A stretch of DNA of 64,000 nucleotides from an uncultured Pseudomonadota bacterium (lineage in GTDB: Bacteria > Oederibacteriota > Muellerivitia > Muellerivitales > Muellerivitaceae): the NCBI GenBank assembly GCA_963836235.1, contig CAWIIP010000002.1:736001-800000 (forward strand), read 5' to 3'. The position numbers and the translations under genes are program-made. The number at the start of each line of letters is the position of its first letter. The first letter of the stretch is position 1. Below the pieces are notes generated by a model. It had not been told where the DNA came from, did not search any database, and saw only the letters and a program-made list of their open reading frames with translations. This document shows positions 20,958 through 30,428 of the stretch, in pieces.

Positions 20958-21527
20958 TCAAAACTTGACTTGCGGAACTTCCTTATCCGAATCGGCGGCC
21001 TTCATGAATTCCCTTTGGGAAAAGCCAAAGGACCCGGCGATCATATTGGAGGGAAACTGCTGGGTGAGGGAATTGTAATTGGCCACCGTATCATTGTAGC
21101 GGCCGCGCACATCGGCGATTTTATTCTCCGTAGAGGTCAATTCCGCTTGGAGTTGGCTGGCGTTCTCGTTGGACTTCAATGTGGGATAGTTTTCCCAGAC
21201 AGCCAGAAGGCGGCCCAAGCCCGAGGTGATATCATTTTCGGCCTTTATCCGGTCCGATGGATTGGTGGCCCCCATGGCGGCGGCCCGGGCCTGCATCACT
21301 TGGGTAAGGGTGTTCTTCTCGAAATTCATGACCCCTTTCACGGTTTCCACCAAGTTGGGGATGAGGTCGTGACGCCGTTTCAACTGGACGTCGATTTGGC
21401 TCCAGGAATTGTCTACTTCCACCCGGTAACGAACCAGGGAGTTGTAAACGGAAACAAGGTAAATGGCCACTAAAAGGCCGATCCCAAGGAAAAACAAAAG
21501 AACGAGGAGCGCGATACCCATGGCCAT
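20958..21527 (-). CDS. lemA: LemA family protein
   Basis: YNSLV...WSQIDVQLKRRHDLIPNLVETVKG, ENYPTLKS, QQFPSN; start ATG 21527 with AAGGAG RBS. Confidence 0.95.
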   Translation of the reverse strand: MAMGIALLVLLFFLGIGLLVAIYLVSVYNSLVRYRVEVDNSWSQIDVQLKRRHDLIPNLVETVKGVMNFEKNTLTQVMQARAAAMGATNPSDRIKAENDITSGLGRLLAVWENYPTLKSNENASQLQAELTSTENKIADVRGRYNDTVANYNSLTQQFPSNMIAGSFGFSQREFMKAADSDKEVPQVKF

Positions 21528-21669
21528 CAAAATCTCCTTTTCCGACGGATGAAGGACATCCAAGTATAGGGTTCTCATCGTCTTACGGACAGGGGGAAGG
21601 TTAAAAAGCAGGTTTCCACTCACCTGCTTTATTTCCTTAAATTTCAAGGGAATTCCTCGCCCTTTATTC

Positions 21670-21698
21670 TTGACAGTTTTTCAGCCCTTCGATACTCT
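21670..21698 (+). promoter_or_regulatory. sigma70 promoter for the dksA-like gene
   Basis: TTGACA-N17-TACTCT. Confidence 0.65.
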
Positions 21699-21756
21699 TC
21701 TATCCTTTTCAACGCCCAAAAGATTCATAACGAACCATCAATATCAGGAGGAAACC

Positions 21757-22239
21757 ATGTCTCCCAAGAAAAAAATCACCAAGAAAAAAATCGCGAAAAA
21801 ACAAAAACCTGTCGCTAAAAAATCAGCCGCGAAATCCTCAAAACCCGTTTTCATCGCGAAGCCGGTTATAAAGAAAAAGATCCGCATCGATCCCGCCTTC
21901 CAGCCTCTCCTCGAAAAGCTCCAGCACCGCCGCAATGAAATCCGGGGCCAAGTGAATCACCTGGAACAGGACCTCAAGGAAGAAATCGCCGATAACCAGA
22001 ATATGCCGGGCGACATGGCGGACCACGGTTCGGGCGAGTTGAACCAGCATCTTTCCGTCACCCTCATGGAAAACGACCGTGTCGAACTGGAACGTATTGA
22101 AAAAGCCATCGTGATGATTGAAGCCGGCTCTTACGGCAAATGCGAGGTCTGCTCAAAATCCATCCCCATGGCCCGTTTGAAAGCCCTCCCCTGGGCCACC
22201 CGCTGTATTAACTGCCAGAGCCGAGCGGAAAGCGCCTAA
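21757..22239 (+). CDS. dksA: TraR/DksA C4-type zinc finger protein
   Basis: Lys-rich N-terminus, coiled coil with DMADHG, YGKCEVC...RLKALPWATRCINC; AGGAGG RBS. Confidence 0.88.
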   Translation: MSPKKKITKKKIAKKQKPVAKKSAAKSSKPVFIAKPVIKKKIRIDPAFQPLLEKLQHRRNEIRGQVNHLEQDLKEEIADNQNMPGDMADHGSGELNQHLSVTLMENDRVELERIEKAIVMIEAGSYGKCEVCSKSIPMARLKALPWATRCINCQSRAESA

Positions 22240-22305
22240 GACGCAAAACTCAAAAGGGGAAGAATTCCTTTTTCCCAAATAGGGAAAAAGGGCGCCTAAA
22301 ACTTC

Positions 22306-22398
22306 AGTTTTTAGTTCGTAGTTCTAAGGTTTAACTTAAATTTTTCACTTCGTGAAAAGAACAGAAACTCAAAACTCAACACTTAGAACTTACAACTT
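22306..22398. repeat. heptamer-periodic inverted repeat element, copy 2
   Basis: AGTT at 22306, 22313, 22320; AACT/CACT at 22366, 22373, 22380, 22387, 22394. Confidence 0.75.
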
Positions 22399-22431
22399 GT
22401 GTTTGCCTATTCTCCCCGATAGCATTGATCC

Positions 22432-23592
22432 ATGAACTTTCAGCGTTTGTCCCTCGCGGTTCTGCTCTTCACGGTCTTTACCTGCCCTTCCGACCTTTGG
22501 GCGAGAAAGCACCACAAGGCGAAACCCACCACGACTCCGACTGAAACTCCCACTCAAACCCCCACCGCAACGCCAACGCCGGTTCCCTACAATGGTCCCA
22601 AACTCTATACCTTCGACGCCATGTGGGGCTCCAAGGGAACCAACAACAATCAATTGAACGACCCGGAAGGCATCGACATTTCCCCCGGCGGTAAAATGGT
22701 CATCGCTGACACCGGCAACAGCCGCGTTGTCGTTTGGGATTTGAACGGCAAGCCGGTCACTACCTTCGGAAGTTTCGGCACCCGGGCGGACTGGCGCAAT
22801 CCGCCGCAGTTCAACCATCCCACTGCGGTTTTCGTCCATCCCACCCATAAGCTCTACGTGGCCGACACCTTGAACCAGCGCGTCGTGGTTTTGGATGAGC
22901 ACGGCCTGGTTCTTTCGACCTGGGGGGCCCAGGGATCGGACAACGGCAACTTCAACCTTCCCCGGTCCATCGCCAAGGACCATTTCGGCAATATTTGGGT
23001 GTTGGATTCGGGCAATTCCCGGATTGAGATTTTCAGTGAGTTGGGCCAGTTCAATTCCACCTGGGGGGCCTTTGGGGACCCCACCTCCTCCACGATCACG
23101 GCCATGATGAATGTTCCTTTGGCAATGACCGTCAACACCACGGACCAGGGCTTGGTCGCCGATACGGGCAATTTCCGGTTCCAGGTTTTTAACAATGGCG
23201 GGGTGCCAGTTACCTATGAAGGCTGGTTTGGGGACGGCCCGGACCAATTCAAGGAACCCGGGGGAATCGCCATCACCAGGGACGGAAACGGGATCATTGC
23301 CATCACCGACGGCATGACGGGCCGCGTCGAATTTTTCAACCACCGTTTCGACTTCATCGGGCAATGGACGGCCAAGGACGATATCCTCAACGAAAATTAC
23401 CATCCCCACTTCAGGGGTATCGCGGCGGATGTGGAAGGCCGCCTTTATCTCACCGACACACAAAACGACGTCATCGTCCGCATCAAACCGGTCAAAGCTC
23501 CGGAAGTTATCGATACCCCGACGCCCCTGACTCCCACTCCGACCCCGCAGGAAACCGATCCTTATGGGGGCCAAGGCTTTCCCATCCGCTAA
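22432..23592 (+). CDS. secreted NHL-repeat beta-propeller protein with short Thr/Pro linkers
   Basis: Signal peptide; repeated (F/L)xxPxGI...V(A/L)DxxNxR; TPTETPTQTPT and TPTPLTPTPTP. Confidence 0.9.
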   Translation: MNFQRLSLAVLLFTVFTCPSDLWARKHHKAKPTTTPTETPTQTPTATPTPVPYNGPKLYTFDAMWGSKGTNNNQLNDPEGIDISPGGKMVIADTGNSRVVVWDLNGKPVTTFGSFGTRADWRNPPQFNHPTAVFVHPTHKLYVADTLNQRVVVLDEHGLVLSTWGAQGSDNGNFNLPRSIAKDHFGNIWVLDSGNSRIEIFSELGQFNSTWGAFGDPTSSTITAMMNVPLAMTVNTTDQGLVADTGNFRFQVFNNGGVPVTYEGWFGDGPDQFKEPGGIAITRDGNGIIAITDGMTGRVEFFNHRFDFIGQWTAKDDILNENYHPHFRGIAADVEGRLYLTDTQNDVIVRIKPVKAPEVIDTPTPLTPTPTPQETDPYGGQGFPIR

Positions 23593-23668
23593 GCTTATCG
23601 GAAAAGCCTGCCTCTCGTTTTAGGTTGTTTCTTATGGTAAGCTTTTCAAAACCCAGACAGGATTCGAC

Positions 23669-25123
23669 ATGTCCAGCGTCCTTTTAACCGTTTCCAATCT
23701 AAGGTCCATCTTCGGCGACCCCAACGCCATTCCCGGCCATCCCCACACGGGCGTAGCTTATCTTTCCTCTTTCCTCAAATCCAAAGGGGTCCATGTTGAC
23801 CTTTACGACGAGCGCATGGACGGCGCCGAGAAACTGCCCGAGCTTTTGAAAAACAATTACGACCTCGTGGGCATCACGGCCTTTAGCTACTCCCTGAGAA
23901 ATGTCTATTCCCTCATCGACCGGATCAAGTCCCACACCAAGACCCCGGTGATGATCGGCGGACCCCATGTGTCCGTTTCCCGGCTTCAAATCCTCAAGGA
24001 CACGCCGGTCGACTTCGCTATCAAGAACGAGGGCGAGTACACCGTCTTGGAGCTTTTGGACGCGCTGAAATCCCCCAAGCCGGACTTCGCGAAGGTCCGT
24101 GGCCTCCTCTGGCGCAACGGCCTCGAAAACGTCGAGAATGAAGCCCGTCCCTTGATCGACAACATCGACGAGCTCCCTTACCCGGATTACGAATCCTTCG
24201 GCATTGAGCGTTACCCCTGCTGGCAGGCCCGGGCCATTCCCTTTATCACCCAAAGGGGCTGTCCCTATAAGTGCAACTTCTGCTCCGTGCCTGTTTCCAT
24301 GGGCGGCGGTTTCCGCGCCCGCACCCCCGAAAACACCGTGAAGGAAATGGAATATTGGCATGCCAAGGGTTTCCGCCATTTCCAAATTAACGACGACGTC
24401 TTCAATCTGCATCCGGAAAGGGTCGTAGAAATCTGCAAGCTCATCGTCGAAAAGAACCTGGGGATCACTTGGGAGCTCTACAACGGCATGCGGGTCAATG
24501 CCGTCAACGAGGAACTTTTGGACTGGATGAAAAGGGCCGGGTGCCGCCTCATTTCCTATGGCTGCGAGTCGGGGAACCCGCGCATCTTGAAGCTCATCCG
24601 TAAAGGGTTGACCAAAGAGATGGTCTCCAAGGCCGTGAATTTAACTTATAAGGCCGGCATCCCCTGCTCGGTCAATTTCATCGTGGGCCATCCCACCGAA
24701 ACCTTCGAGGAAGCCAAGGAAAGCCTGGCTTTCGCCTCCAGCCTTCCGGCCAGCTTCATCAATTTTTACAACGACACTCCCTACCCCGGCACCGAGCTTT
24801 TCGAGTGGGTGAAGGGGAACGCCCAAATCCTGAACCCCGATTACCTCACCGACATGTCCTACAATTCCCGGGAGCCCATTTACGTGACGCCCGAGTTCCC
24901 TAAGGAACAGCGCATGTGGATTTTGGAAAAGGGCCGCAACCTTTACGAGCGCAGCGTCCTGCGCTACCGCTTGGGGCCCTTCTTCGGAGCCATCGCTTAT
25001 TTCCTCAGCCGCCTGCCCGCCATCAACAAATTCGGCCGCAGTTTCGTCACCAACACCAAACTGGGCCACTACATTTTCAGCAAGTTCAGCGTGAAGTTCG
25101 GCGGCATGGTCTGGGTGCGCTGA
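23669..25123 (+). CDS. B12-binding domain radical SAM protein
   Basis: N-terminal B12-binding domain (GGPH), RGCPYKCNFC, DDVF, GCESG, PYPGT. Confidence 0.93.
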   Translation: MSSVLLTVSNLRSIFGDPNAIPGHPHTGVAYLSSFLKSKGVHVDLYDERMDGAEKLPELLKNNYDLVGITAFSYSLRNVYSLIDRIKSHTKTPVMIGGPHVSVSRLQILKDTPVDFAIKNEGEYTVLELLDALKSPKPDFAKVRGLLWRNGLENVENEARPLIDNIDELPYPDYESFGIERYPCWQARAIPFITQRGCPYKCNFCSVPVSMGGGFRARTPENTVKEMEYWHAKGFRHFQINDDVFNLHPERVVEICKLIVEKNLGITWELYNGMRVNAVNEELLDWMKRAGCRLISYGCESGNPRILKLIRKGLTKEMVSKAVNLTYKAGIPCSVNFIVGHPTETFEEAKESLAFASSLPASFINFYNDTPYPGTELFEWVKGNAQILNPDYLTDMSYNSREPIYVTPEFPKEQRMWILEKGRNLYERSVLRYRLGPFFGAIAYFLSRLPAINKFGRSFVTNTKLGHYIFSKFSVKFGGMVWVR

Positions 25124-25165
25124 CCGATTGAAAAAAATTTAATAACTCCATAAACAATCGGTCTG

Positions 25166-25264
25166 CACCCAAAGTCCATTGGAGTTTGGGTGAATAAGCG
25201 GTAAAAAATCAAAATTTCTCCATTACCCGCTTATCGGTGCCCAAGGTCCTTCGGAGCTTGGGTA
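25166..25264. repeat. two related REP-like hairpins flanking a third inverted repeat
   Basis: CACCCAAAGTCC-ATT-GGAGTTTGGGTG (25166-25192) and TGCCCAAGGTCC-TTC-GGAGCTTGGGTA (25238-25264); ATAAGCGGTAA/TTACCCGCTTAT between them. Confidence 0.6.
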
Positions 25265-25400
25265 CGGTAAAAACCGTTTTGAATCCCCGTTAATCACGCA
25301 ATCCGTTTAAAATTCCCGCCTCCGATTTCGGATTTTGCCCTTACAATAACCCAGGCTTTTCGATCTAGACTTCGTCATAAAATTTTTCGAGGATTTTGAA

Positions 25401-26402
25401 ATGAAGCGCGTCCATTCCCTGGTGACCGGCGGAGCGGGTTTCGTCGGCTCCCACCTTTGCGATTACCTCATCTCCCTGGACCACCAGGTAGTCTGCGTGG
25501 ACAATCTCATCACGGGAAAATTGGAAAACATCGCCCACCTGCGCCGCCACCCCCGCTTCCGTTTCATCAACCAGGACATCATCAAGGGCCTGCCCCGCTT
25601 CCTGGGACTTCCGCGATTTTTGAAGGACGTGACGAGGGGATTTCCCCGTTTCCTGCCCAAGGCGGATTATGTGTTCCACCTGGCTTCCCCCGCCTCCCCC
25701 ATTGGCTACATGAAAAATTCGATCGAGACGATCCTCACCAATTCCATCGGCACCTACCGTCTTTTGGAATACTGCAAGAAAAAGGGGGCCAAGTTCCTTT
25801 TCGCCTCCACCTCCGAGGTTTATGGCAACCCTAAGGTCCATCCCCAAGTCGAAAGCTATTGGGGCAACGTGAATTCCTTCGGGCCCCGCTCCTGCTACGA
25901 CGAGAGCAAGCGCCTCGGCGAGGCCCTGGTTTACGAGTACCACCATAAATATAAGGTGAACGCACGGCTGATTCGCATCTTCAATACTTACGGGCCGCGT
26001 TTGAACGAGAACGACGGACGGGTGGTTTCCAACTTGATCAACCAAGCCCTCCAAGGCGAGCCCCTCACCATTTACGGCGACGGATCCCAAACCCGGAGCT
26101 TTTGCTATGTGGCCGACCTGGTTCAGGGAATTTGGAAAGCTATCTCCACTCCCCATACCGAAGGAGATGTCTTCAATTTGGGCAATCCCCAGGAAACCAC
26201 GATCCTCCAATTCGCCAAGGTCGTGAAAGAATTATGCGGCAAACCGGACGCTAAAATCGTCAAGAAGCCCCTTCCCCAGGACGATCCCATCAAGCGCAAA
26301 CCCGATATTTCCAAAGCCAAAAAAATCCTTCACTGGGAGCCCAAAGTCCCGTTAAAAGAAGGCTTAAAGCAGACCATCGATTACTATCGCGGTAGAATAT
26401 AA
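25401..26402 (+). CDS. UDP-glucuronic acid decarboxylase (UDP-xylose synthase) family SDR
   Basis: VTGGAGFVGSH, HLASPASP, ASTSEVYG, GPRSCYDESKR, RIFNTYGP, QTRSFCYV. Confidence 0.95.
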   Translation: MKRVHSLVTGGAGFVGSHLCDYLISLDHQVVCVDNLITGKLENIAHLRRHPRFRFINQDIIKGLPRFLGLPRFLKDVTRGFPRFLPKADYVFHLASPASPIGYMKNSIETILTNSIGTYRLLEYCKKKGAKFLFASTSEVYGNPKVHPQVESYWGNVNSFGPRSCYDESKRLGEALVYEYHHKYKVNARLIRIFNTYGPRLNENDGRVVSNLINQALQGEPLTIYGDGSQTRSFCYVADLVQGIWKAISTPHTEGDVFNLGNPQETTILQFAKVVKELCGKPDAKIVKKPLPQDDPIKRKPDISKAKKILHWEPKVPLKEGLKQTIDYYRGRI

Positions 26403-26555
26403 GAGGGTTTGAAACTCTTTCAGCCCGCTTCCACCGTCTAATATCCAGGGAATCCGTGAGATGAGAGCTAAAAGTGAGTCCTTGGAACTTTTTCCCTAAA
26501 TTTGATAGACTTGACCCTCTCGGAAAAGCATCGTATTAAAAATGAAGAGGTCTTT

Positions 26556-28094
26556 ATGAAAGCCGCTGTTTTATACCCTCCCTTCCGCAAGGACGGCGAG
26601 CTTCCCCTTTTAACCCAAAACCGCCATTTAAAATTCTCTAAAACCTTGGAAGTCCGTATCTTTCCCTTGGTTCCCGGCCACTTGGCCACCAACCTCAAGC
26701 ATCTAGGCCATGAGGTGTTATGGCTGGACGGCATCAACCGCCGCATGTCCGACGAGGAGTTCGACAAGTACCTGACCGATTTCGCCCCCGAAGTCGTCTT
26801 TCTCGAAACCAAGGCTCCGGTCGTGAAGCGCCATTGGAAATATATAGAAGAGTTGAAAGCTCGTTTCCCCAAAATGAAAATTGCCTTGATGGGCGACCAT
26901 GTCAGTTACTTCCCCGAGGAATCGGTCGTGAACTCGAAGGTGGATTACGTGATGACCGGCGGCGATTACGATATCGTTGGCCGCAACCTTGTCCAGCATT
27001 TGGCGGGCAAGGAACCGCTAGGCCCCGGGATTTGGTACCGCGACGCGGAAGGCAAAACCGCCACCACCGGCCCCCACAAGCTGACCGACGCCTTGGATTC
27101 CCTTCCCTTCATCGACCGGGTCTTGACCCGCTTCCAGGATTACGGCGAAGCCTATCTGCTTCGCCCCACCGCCTATATCCTCACCGGCCGGGGCTGTGGC
27201 GCCTCGGACGCTTCCCCCAACAGCGTGGGGGTTTGCACCTTCTGCATTTGGCAGCACGCCCTCTGGGGCAAGACCGCGCGCCTCCGTTCCCCCGCCAACG
27301 TGGCGGAGGAAATGCAGATTTGCGTTGAGAAGCACGGGGTCTGGGAATTCTTCGACGACAACGAGTCCGGCCCCATCTACAACATCGAATGGCTCAAGGA
27401 ATTTTACAAGGAACTCACCGCCCGCAAATTGCTGGGACGCTTCCAGTTTTCCTCTAACTGCCGCGCCGATACATTGAATGAAGAAGTGGTCGACCTGCTG
27501 GTCAAGTGCGGCTGGCGGCTTTTGAAGATCGGGCTGGAGTCCGGCTCCGATTACAGCATCAAGCACCTGGCCAAGTGCGAAACCGTGGATTTGATCGGCA
27601 ACGGGGTCAAGATGGCCAAGGACAGGGGGCTGGTGGTGCTCCTGACCACGATGATGGGATACCCTTGGGAAACCGAGGAGGATGTCCGTAAGACGTACGA
27701 GGTGACGAAGGAGCTGTTGCTTTACAAAGTCAGGGTGGGCGATTGCATGCAGGCTTCCGTGGTCGTCGCTTATCCCGGGTCTCCCCTCTGGCGCGAGTCC
27801 GTGAACAAGGGCTGGCTGCTGGTGGGAGAAAAAGATTATGAGAATTACGACATGAGTCATCCGATTTTGAAGACAACCATCAATGCGAGTGAGTGGGCGA
27901 CCAAAACCTGGAACCTGATGAAAACCCCGAAATTCGTTTTTCGGCAATTGATCACGGTCCGGTCCCTGAGGGAAGTGGACCTTCTCTGGCGGGGATTAAA
28001 ATCCCTCTTGGGCCACGTTCAGGATTACGGCGATCCACTCCCGGAAAGCGCGACATCCAATGCCAACACGCCTCAAACAGCCGCCAGCCACTAA
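26556..28094 (+). CDS. B12-binding domain radical SAM protein with extended CX12CX2C motif
   Basis: GDH in B12 domain, TGRGCGASDASPNSVGVCTFC, FFDDNE, IGLESG, YPGS; start ATG 26556. Confidence 0.88.
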   Translation: MKAAVLYPPFRKDGELPLLTQNRHLKFSKTLEVRIFPLVPGHLATNLKHLGHEVLWLDGINRRMSDEEFDKYLTDFAPEVVFLETKAPVVKRHWKYIEELKARFPKMKIALMGDHVSYFPEESVVNSKVDYVMTGGDYDIVGRNLVQHLAGKEPLGPGIWYRDAEGKTATTGPHKLTDALDSLPFIDRVLTRFQDYGEAYLLRPTAYILTGRGCGASDASPNSVGVCTFCIWQHALWGKTARLRSPANVAEEMQICVEKHGVWEFFDDNESGPIYNIEWLKEFYKELTARKLLGRFQFSSNCRADTLNEEVVDLLVKCGWRLLKIGLESGSDYSIKHLAKCETVDLIGNGVKMAKDRGLVVLLTTMMGYPWETEEDVRKTYEVTKELLLYKVRVGDCMQASVVVAYPGSPLWRESVNKGWLLVGEKDYENYDMSHPILKTTINASEWATKTWNLMKTPKFVFRQLITVRSLREVDLLWRGLKSLLGHVQDYGDPLPESATSNANTPQTAASH

Positions 28095-28725
28095 AGTAGA
28101 GGCTCCGAAGCCGACCGCCCCTTCCCTTCCGACCCCCGGAAAATGGAAAGGCAAGGCGATCGCTTTTATCTTCGCCCTAATAATTTTAACGGCCATCTGG
28201 AGCACCGGCGCTTTCAACAGCCTTTTTGCCGGGCCCAAAATACCGCTTCCCCGCCAGGTCAACAATCTGGCCTTGGGGGACAACATGACGGATGTGCTTC
28301 AAAAATATCCCAAAGCCAAGGATAAGCTCCGGCCTTTCAACAACGACCCCCAGTTCCAGATTGTCACCCTGGGCCCTTCCGAGGGTGTGAACGGTCCCTC
28401 CTCCGTGGACCTTCTTTTTTACATCCCCAACAGCAAACTTTATTTCATGTCCAGCATGTGGGAAGCGGAGGGCGCCAAGACGATCCCCGTGGATGAGTGG
28501 GCCCACCAATACCGCCGCTGGAACAAGAATGTTGTCACCAATCCCGAGCCCCTGGGCAACGATGTGCTTCTGAAGGAATGGCACTTTAACGACGGCCAAA
28601 CCGAGATGACCTTGAGGGATTTGAACTACACAACCCACCTTCAACGGTGGGAAGACATCCGGGACGCCAGTAACGAGGCCGCCCAGGACGCATTCGCCAA
28701 ATACCGCCTGGACGCGGGAAGCTGA
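28060..28725 (+). CDS. hypothetical single-pass membrane-anchored exported protein
   Basis: 221 aa, one TM helix (AIAFIFALIILTAIW), host-like codon usage, overlaps end of the upstream gene. Confidence 0.7.
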   Translation: MPTRLKQPPATKVEAPKPTAPSLPTPGKWKGKAIAFIFALIILTAIWSTGAFNSLFAGPKIPLPRQVNNLALGDNMTDVLQKYPKAKDKLRPFNNDPQFQIVTLGPSEGVNGPSSVDLLFYIPNSKLYFMSSMWEAEGAKTIPVDEWAHQYRRWNKNVVTNPEPLGNDVLLKEWHFNDGQTEMTLRDLNYTTHLQRWEDIRDASNEAAQDAFAKYRLDAGS

Positions 28726-28732
28726 GAAGGAA

Positions 28733-28813
28733 AGTTAGGAGTTTTCGGTCTTTCCTGATGAATTTTGCTGTAAAGCCTTGCAATTCCTAACTCCTCACTC
28801 CTAACTTCTAACT
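28733..28813. repeat. heptamer-periodic inverted repeat element, copy 3
   Basis: AGTT at 28733, 28740; AACT/CACT at 28789, 28796, 28803, 28810. Confidence 0.7.
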
Positions 28814-28866
28814 AGCACTAAAGTTTATAGACAACTGATATACTTAGTGGCAGGAGAACCCCTTTA

Positions 28867-30345
28867 ATGAAATTACGAGTCTTGTTAATCAATCCCCCGC
28901 GGGTCAAAAACCTTCCGGTCGTGCGTGAGGAACGCTACGAACACCGGGACGTGGGTTCGGTTTATCCCCCTCTATCCATCCTCCAGGGCGCCGCTTCCCT
29001 TCGTCATGCCGGTTTCGACGTCAAGGTCATGGACGCCAACGGCTTCGACCTGAAACTGGAGCATGTCGGCCGCCTCTTGAGCGATTTTCAGCCCCACATG
29101 GTCGTGGCCCGCATGGCCTTCGACTGCCAGGAAGAGGACTTGAAGGTTTTGCAACTGGCCAAGGCCACCAACCCCAACTGCGTCACGGTTATCCGCAACA
29201 AGATCATCTCCGAGGTTCCCTGGTTCCTCGAGGATGTGGTCAAGAACCATCCCGAAATCGACCTTTACCTGATGGGTGAGCTGGACGCCATCCTGCCGTC
29301 CCTGGCCAAGCGGCTGGAATCCGAATTAAGCCCCATGGGCAACATGCCACCCAAATCCAACAGCTGGTTTTCCGGCATCAACGGCCTGACCTACTACACC
29401 GAAAAAGAGGGAATGGTGAAGACCCCTCCCCCGATGCTGATGGACGTGAGCATGGCCCCCTTCCCAGCCTACGACATGTTGCCCTCGATCGCCCCTTACC
29501 ACACGGGGGTCTTCCAAGACCATTTCGTGATGATCCAGACTTCTAGGGGCTGTCCCTTCGGCTGTACCTTCTGCGCCTACGCTTTGGAAAAATACCGCCC
29601 CCGCCCCCACAAGCAAGTGGCGGAGGAATTGATTTGGCTGAAGGAAAACTTCGGCGCCAAGAACGTCCTCTTCTTTGATGACCTCTTAGCCTTGAACTCC
29701 GACCGCACCGCCGACCTGGCTGAGGCCTTAATTAAGGACGAAGTGAATATGGAATGGGTCTGCTGTACCCGGGCCAACCTGACCGACGTTCCCTCGCTGA
29801 AGATGATGCGCAAATCCGGCTGCCGTGAGCTGGCCGTGGGTATCGAAAGCGGAGACGAGGGTATCCTGGAACGCATCAACAAGGGCGTGAGCAAGGAAGA
29901 CATCGCCAAATGCGCCTCCGCCTGCAAGGAAGCGGACATTCTTTTCTACGGCATGACCATCTGCGGCCTGCCCGGCGAAACCGAGGAAACCTGGCGCCGC
30001 ACCATCAACTTCATCAAAGAAATCGACCCCTTCTATACCCAGTTCTGCTTTAGCACGCCCTTCCCCAACACCGAGATGTACCCCTTTTACGAGAAGAACG
30101 GCTACCTGAACCATAAGGATTGGTCGCAATATTCGCCCCTGGCCCCTACGCCGGTCATCCGCACCGAAGCCCTCACCACCCAGGATTTAATCCGCCTGCG
30201 CCGAGAAGCCTACCGTGAAGTGCTCTTCCGCCCCAAGTATCTGCTCTCCAAAATCCGTCTCACCGACCCCATGTGGAACCTCAAGGGCGGCTGGGAACTC
30301 GCCAAGCGCGGCGCCGCCGTGCTGACCGGGCGGGATGTTCGGTAA
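28867..30345 (+). CDS. B12-binding domain radical SAM protein
   Basis: LLINPP...YPPLS, TSRGCPFGCTFC, FFDD, VGIESG, PFPNT. Confidence 0.93.
   Translation: MKLRVLLINPPRVKNLPVVREERYEHRDVGSVYPPLSILQGAASLRHAGFDVKVMDANGFDLKLEHVGRLLSDFQPHMVVARMAFDCQEEDLKVLQLAKATNPNCVTVIRNKIISEVPWFLEDVVKNHPEIDLYLMGELDAILPSLAKRLESELSPMGNMPPKSNSWFSGINGLTYYTEKEGMVKTPPPMLMDVSMAPFPAYDMLPSIAPYHTGVFQDHFVMIQTSRGCPFGCTFCAYALEKYRPRPHKQVAEELIWLKENFGAKNVLFFDDLLALNSDRTADLAEALIKDEVNMEWVCCTRANLTDVPSLKMMRKSGCRELAVGIESGDEGILERINKGVSKEDIAKCASACKEADILFYGMTICGLPGETEETWRRTINFIKEIDPFYTQFCFSTPFPNTEMYPFYEKNGYLNHKDWSQYSPLAPTPVIRTEALTTQDLIRLRREAYREVLFRPKYLLSKIRLTDPMWNLKGGWELAKRGAAVLTGRDVR
30283..30345 (+). repeat. direct repeat copy A (last 21 codons of the radical SAM gene)
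   Basis: AAGGGCGGCTGGGAACTCGCC...CGGGATGTTCGGTAA; 56/63 identical to 31245-31307. Confidence 0.95.
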
Positions 30346-30428
30346 CTCAACCGTTGCTTTTGTAACTGGTCTATATTCCAGATGATTCCTTTCACAACCC
30401 TTACTCCGCACCGTGTTAAAATCCTCCC

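Noticed and set aside
22390-23574. 394-aa minus-strand ORF
   Set aside because: Antisense to the NHL-repeat gene; no motifs
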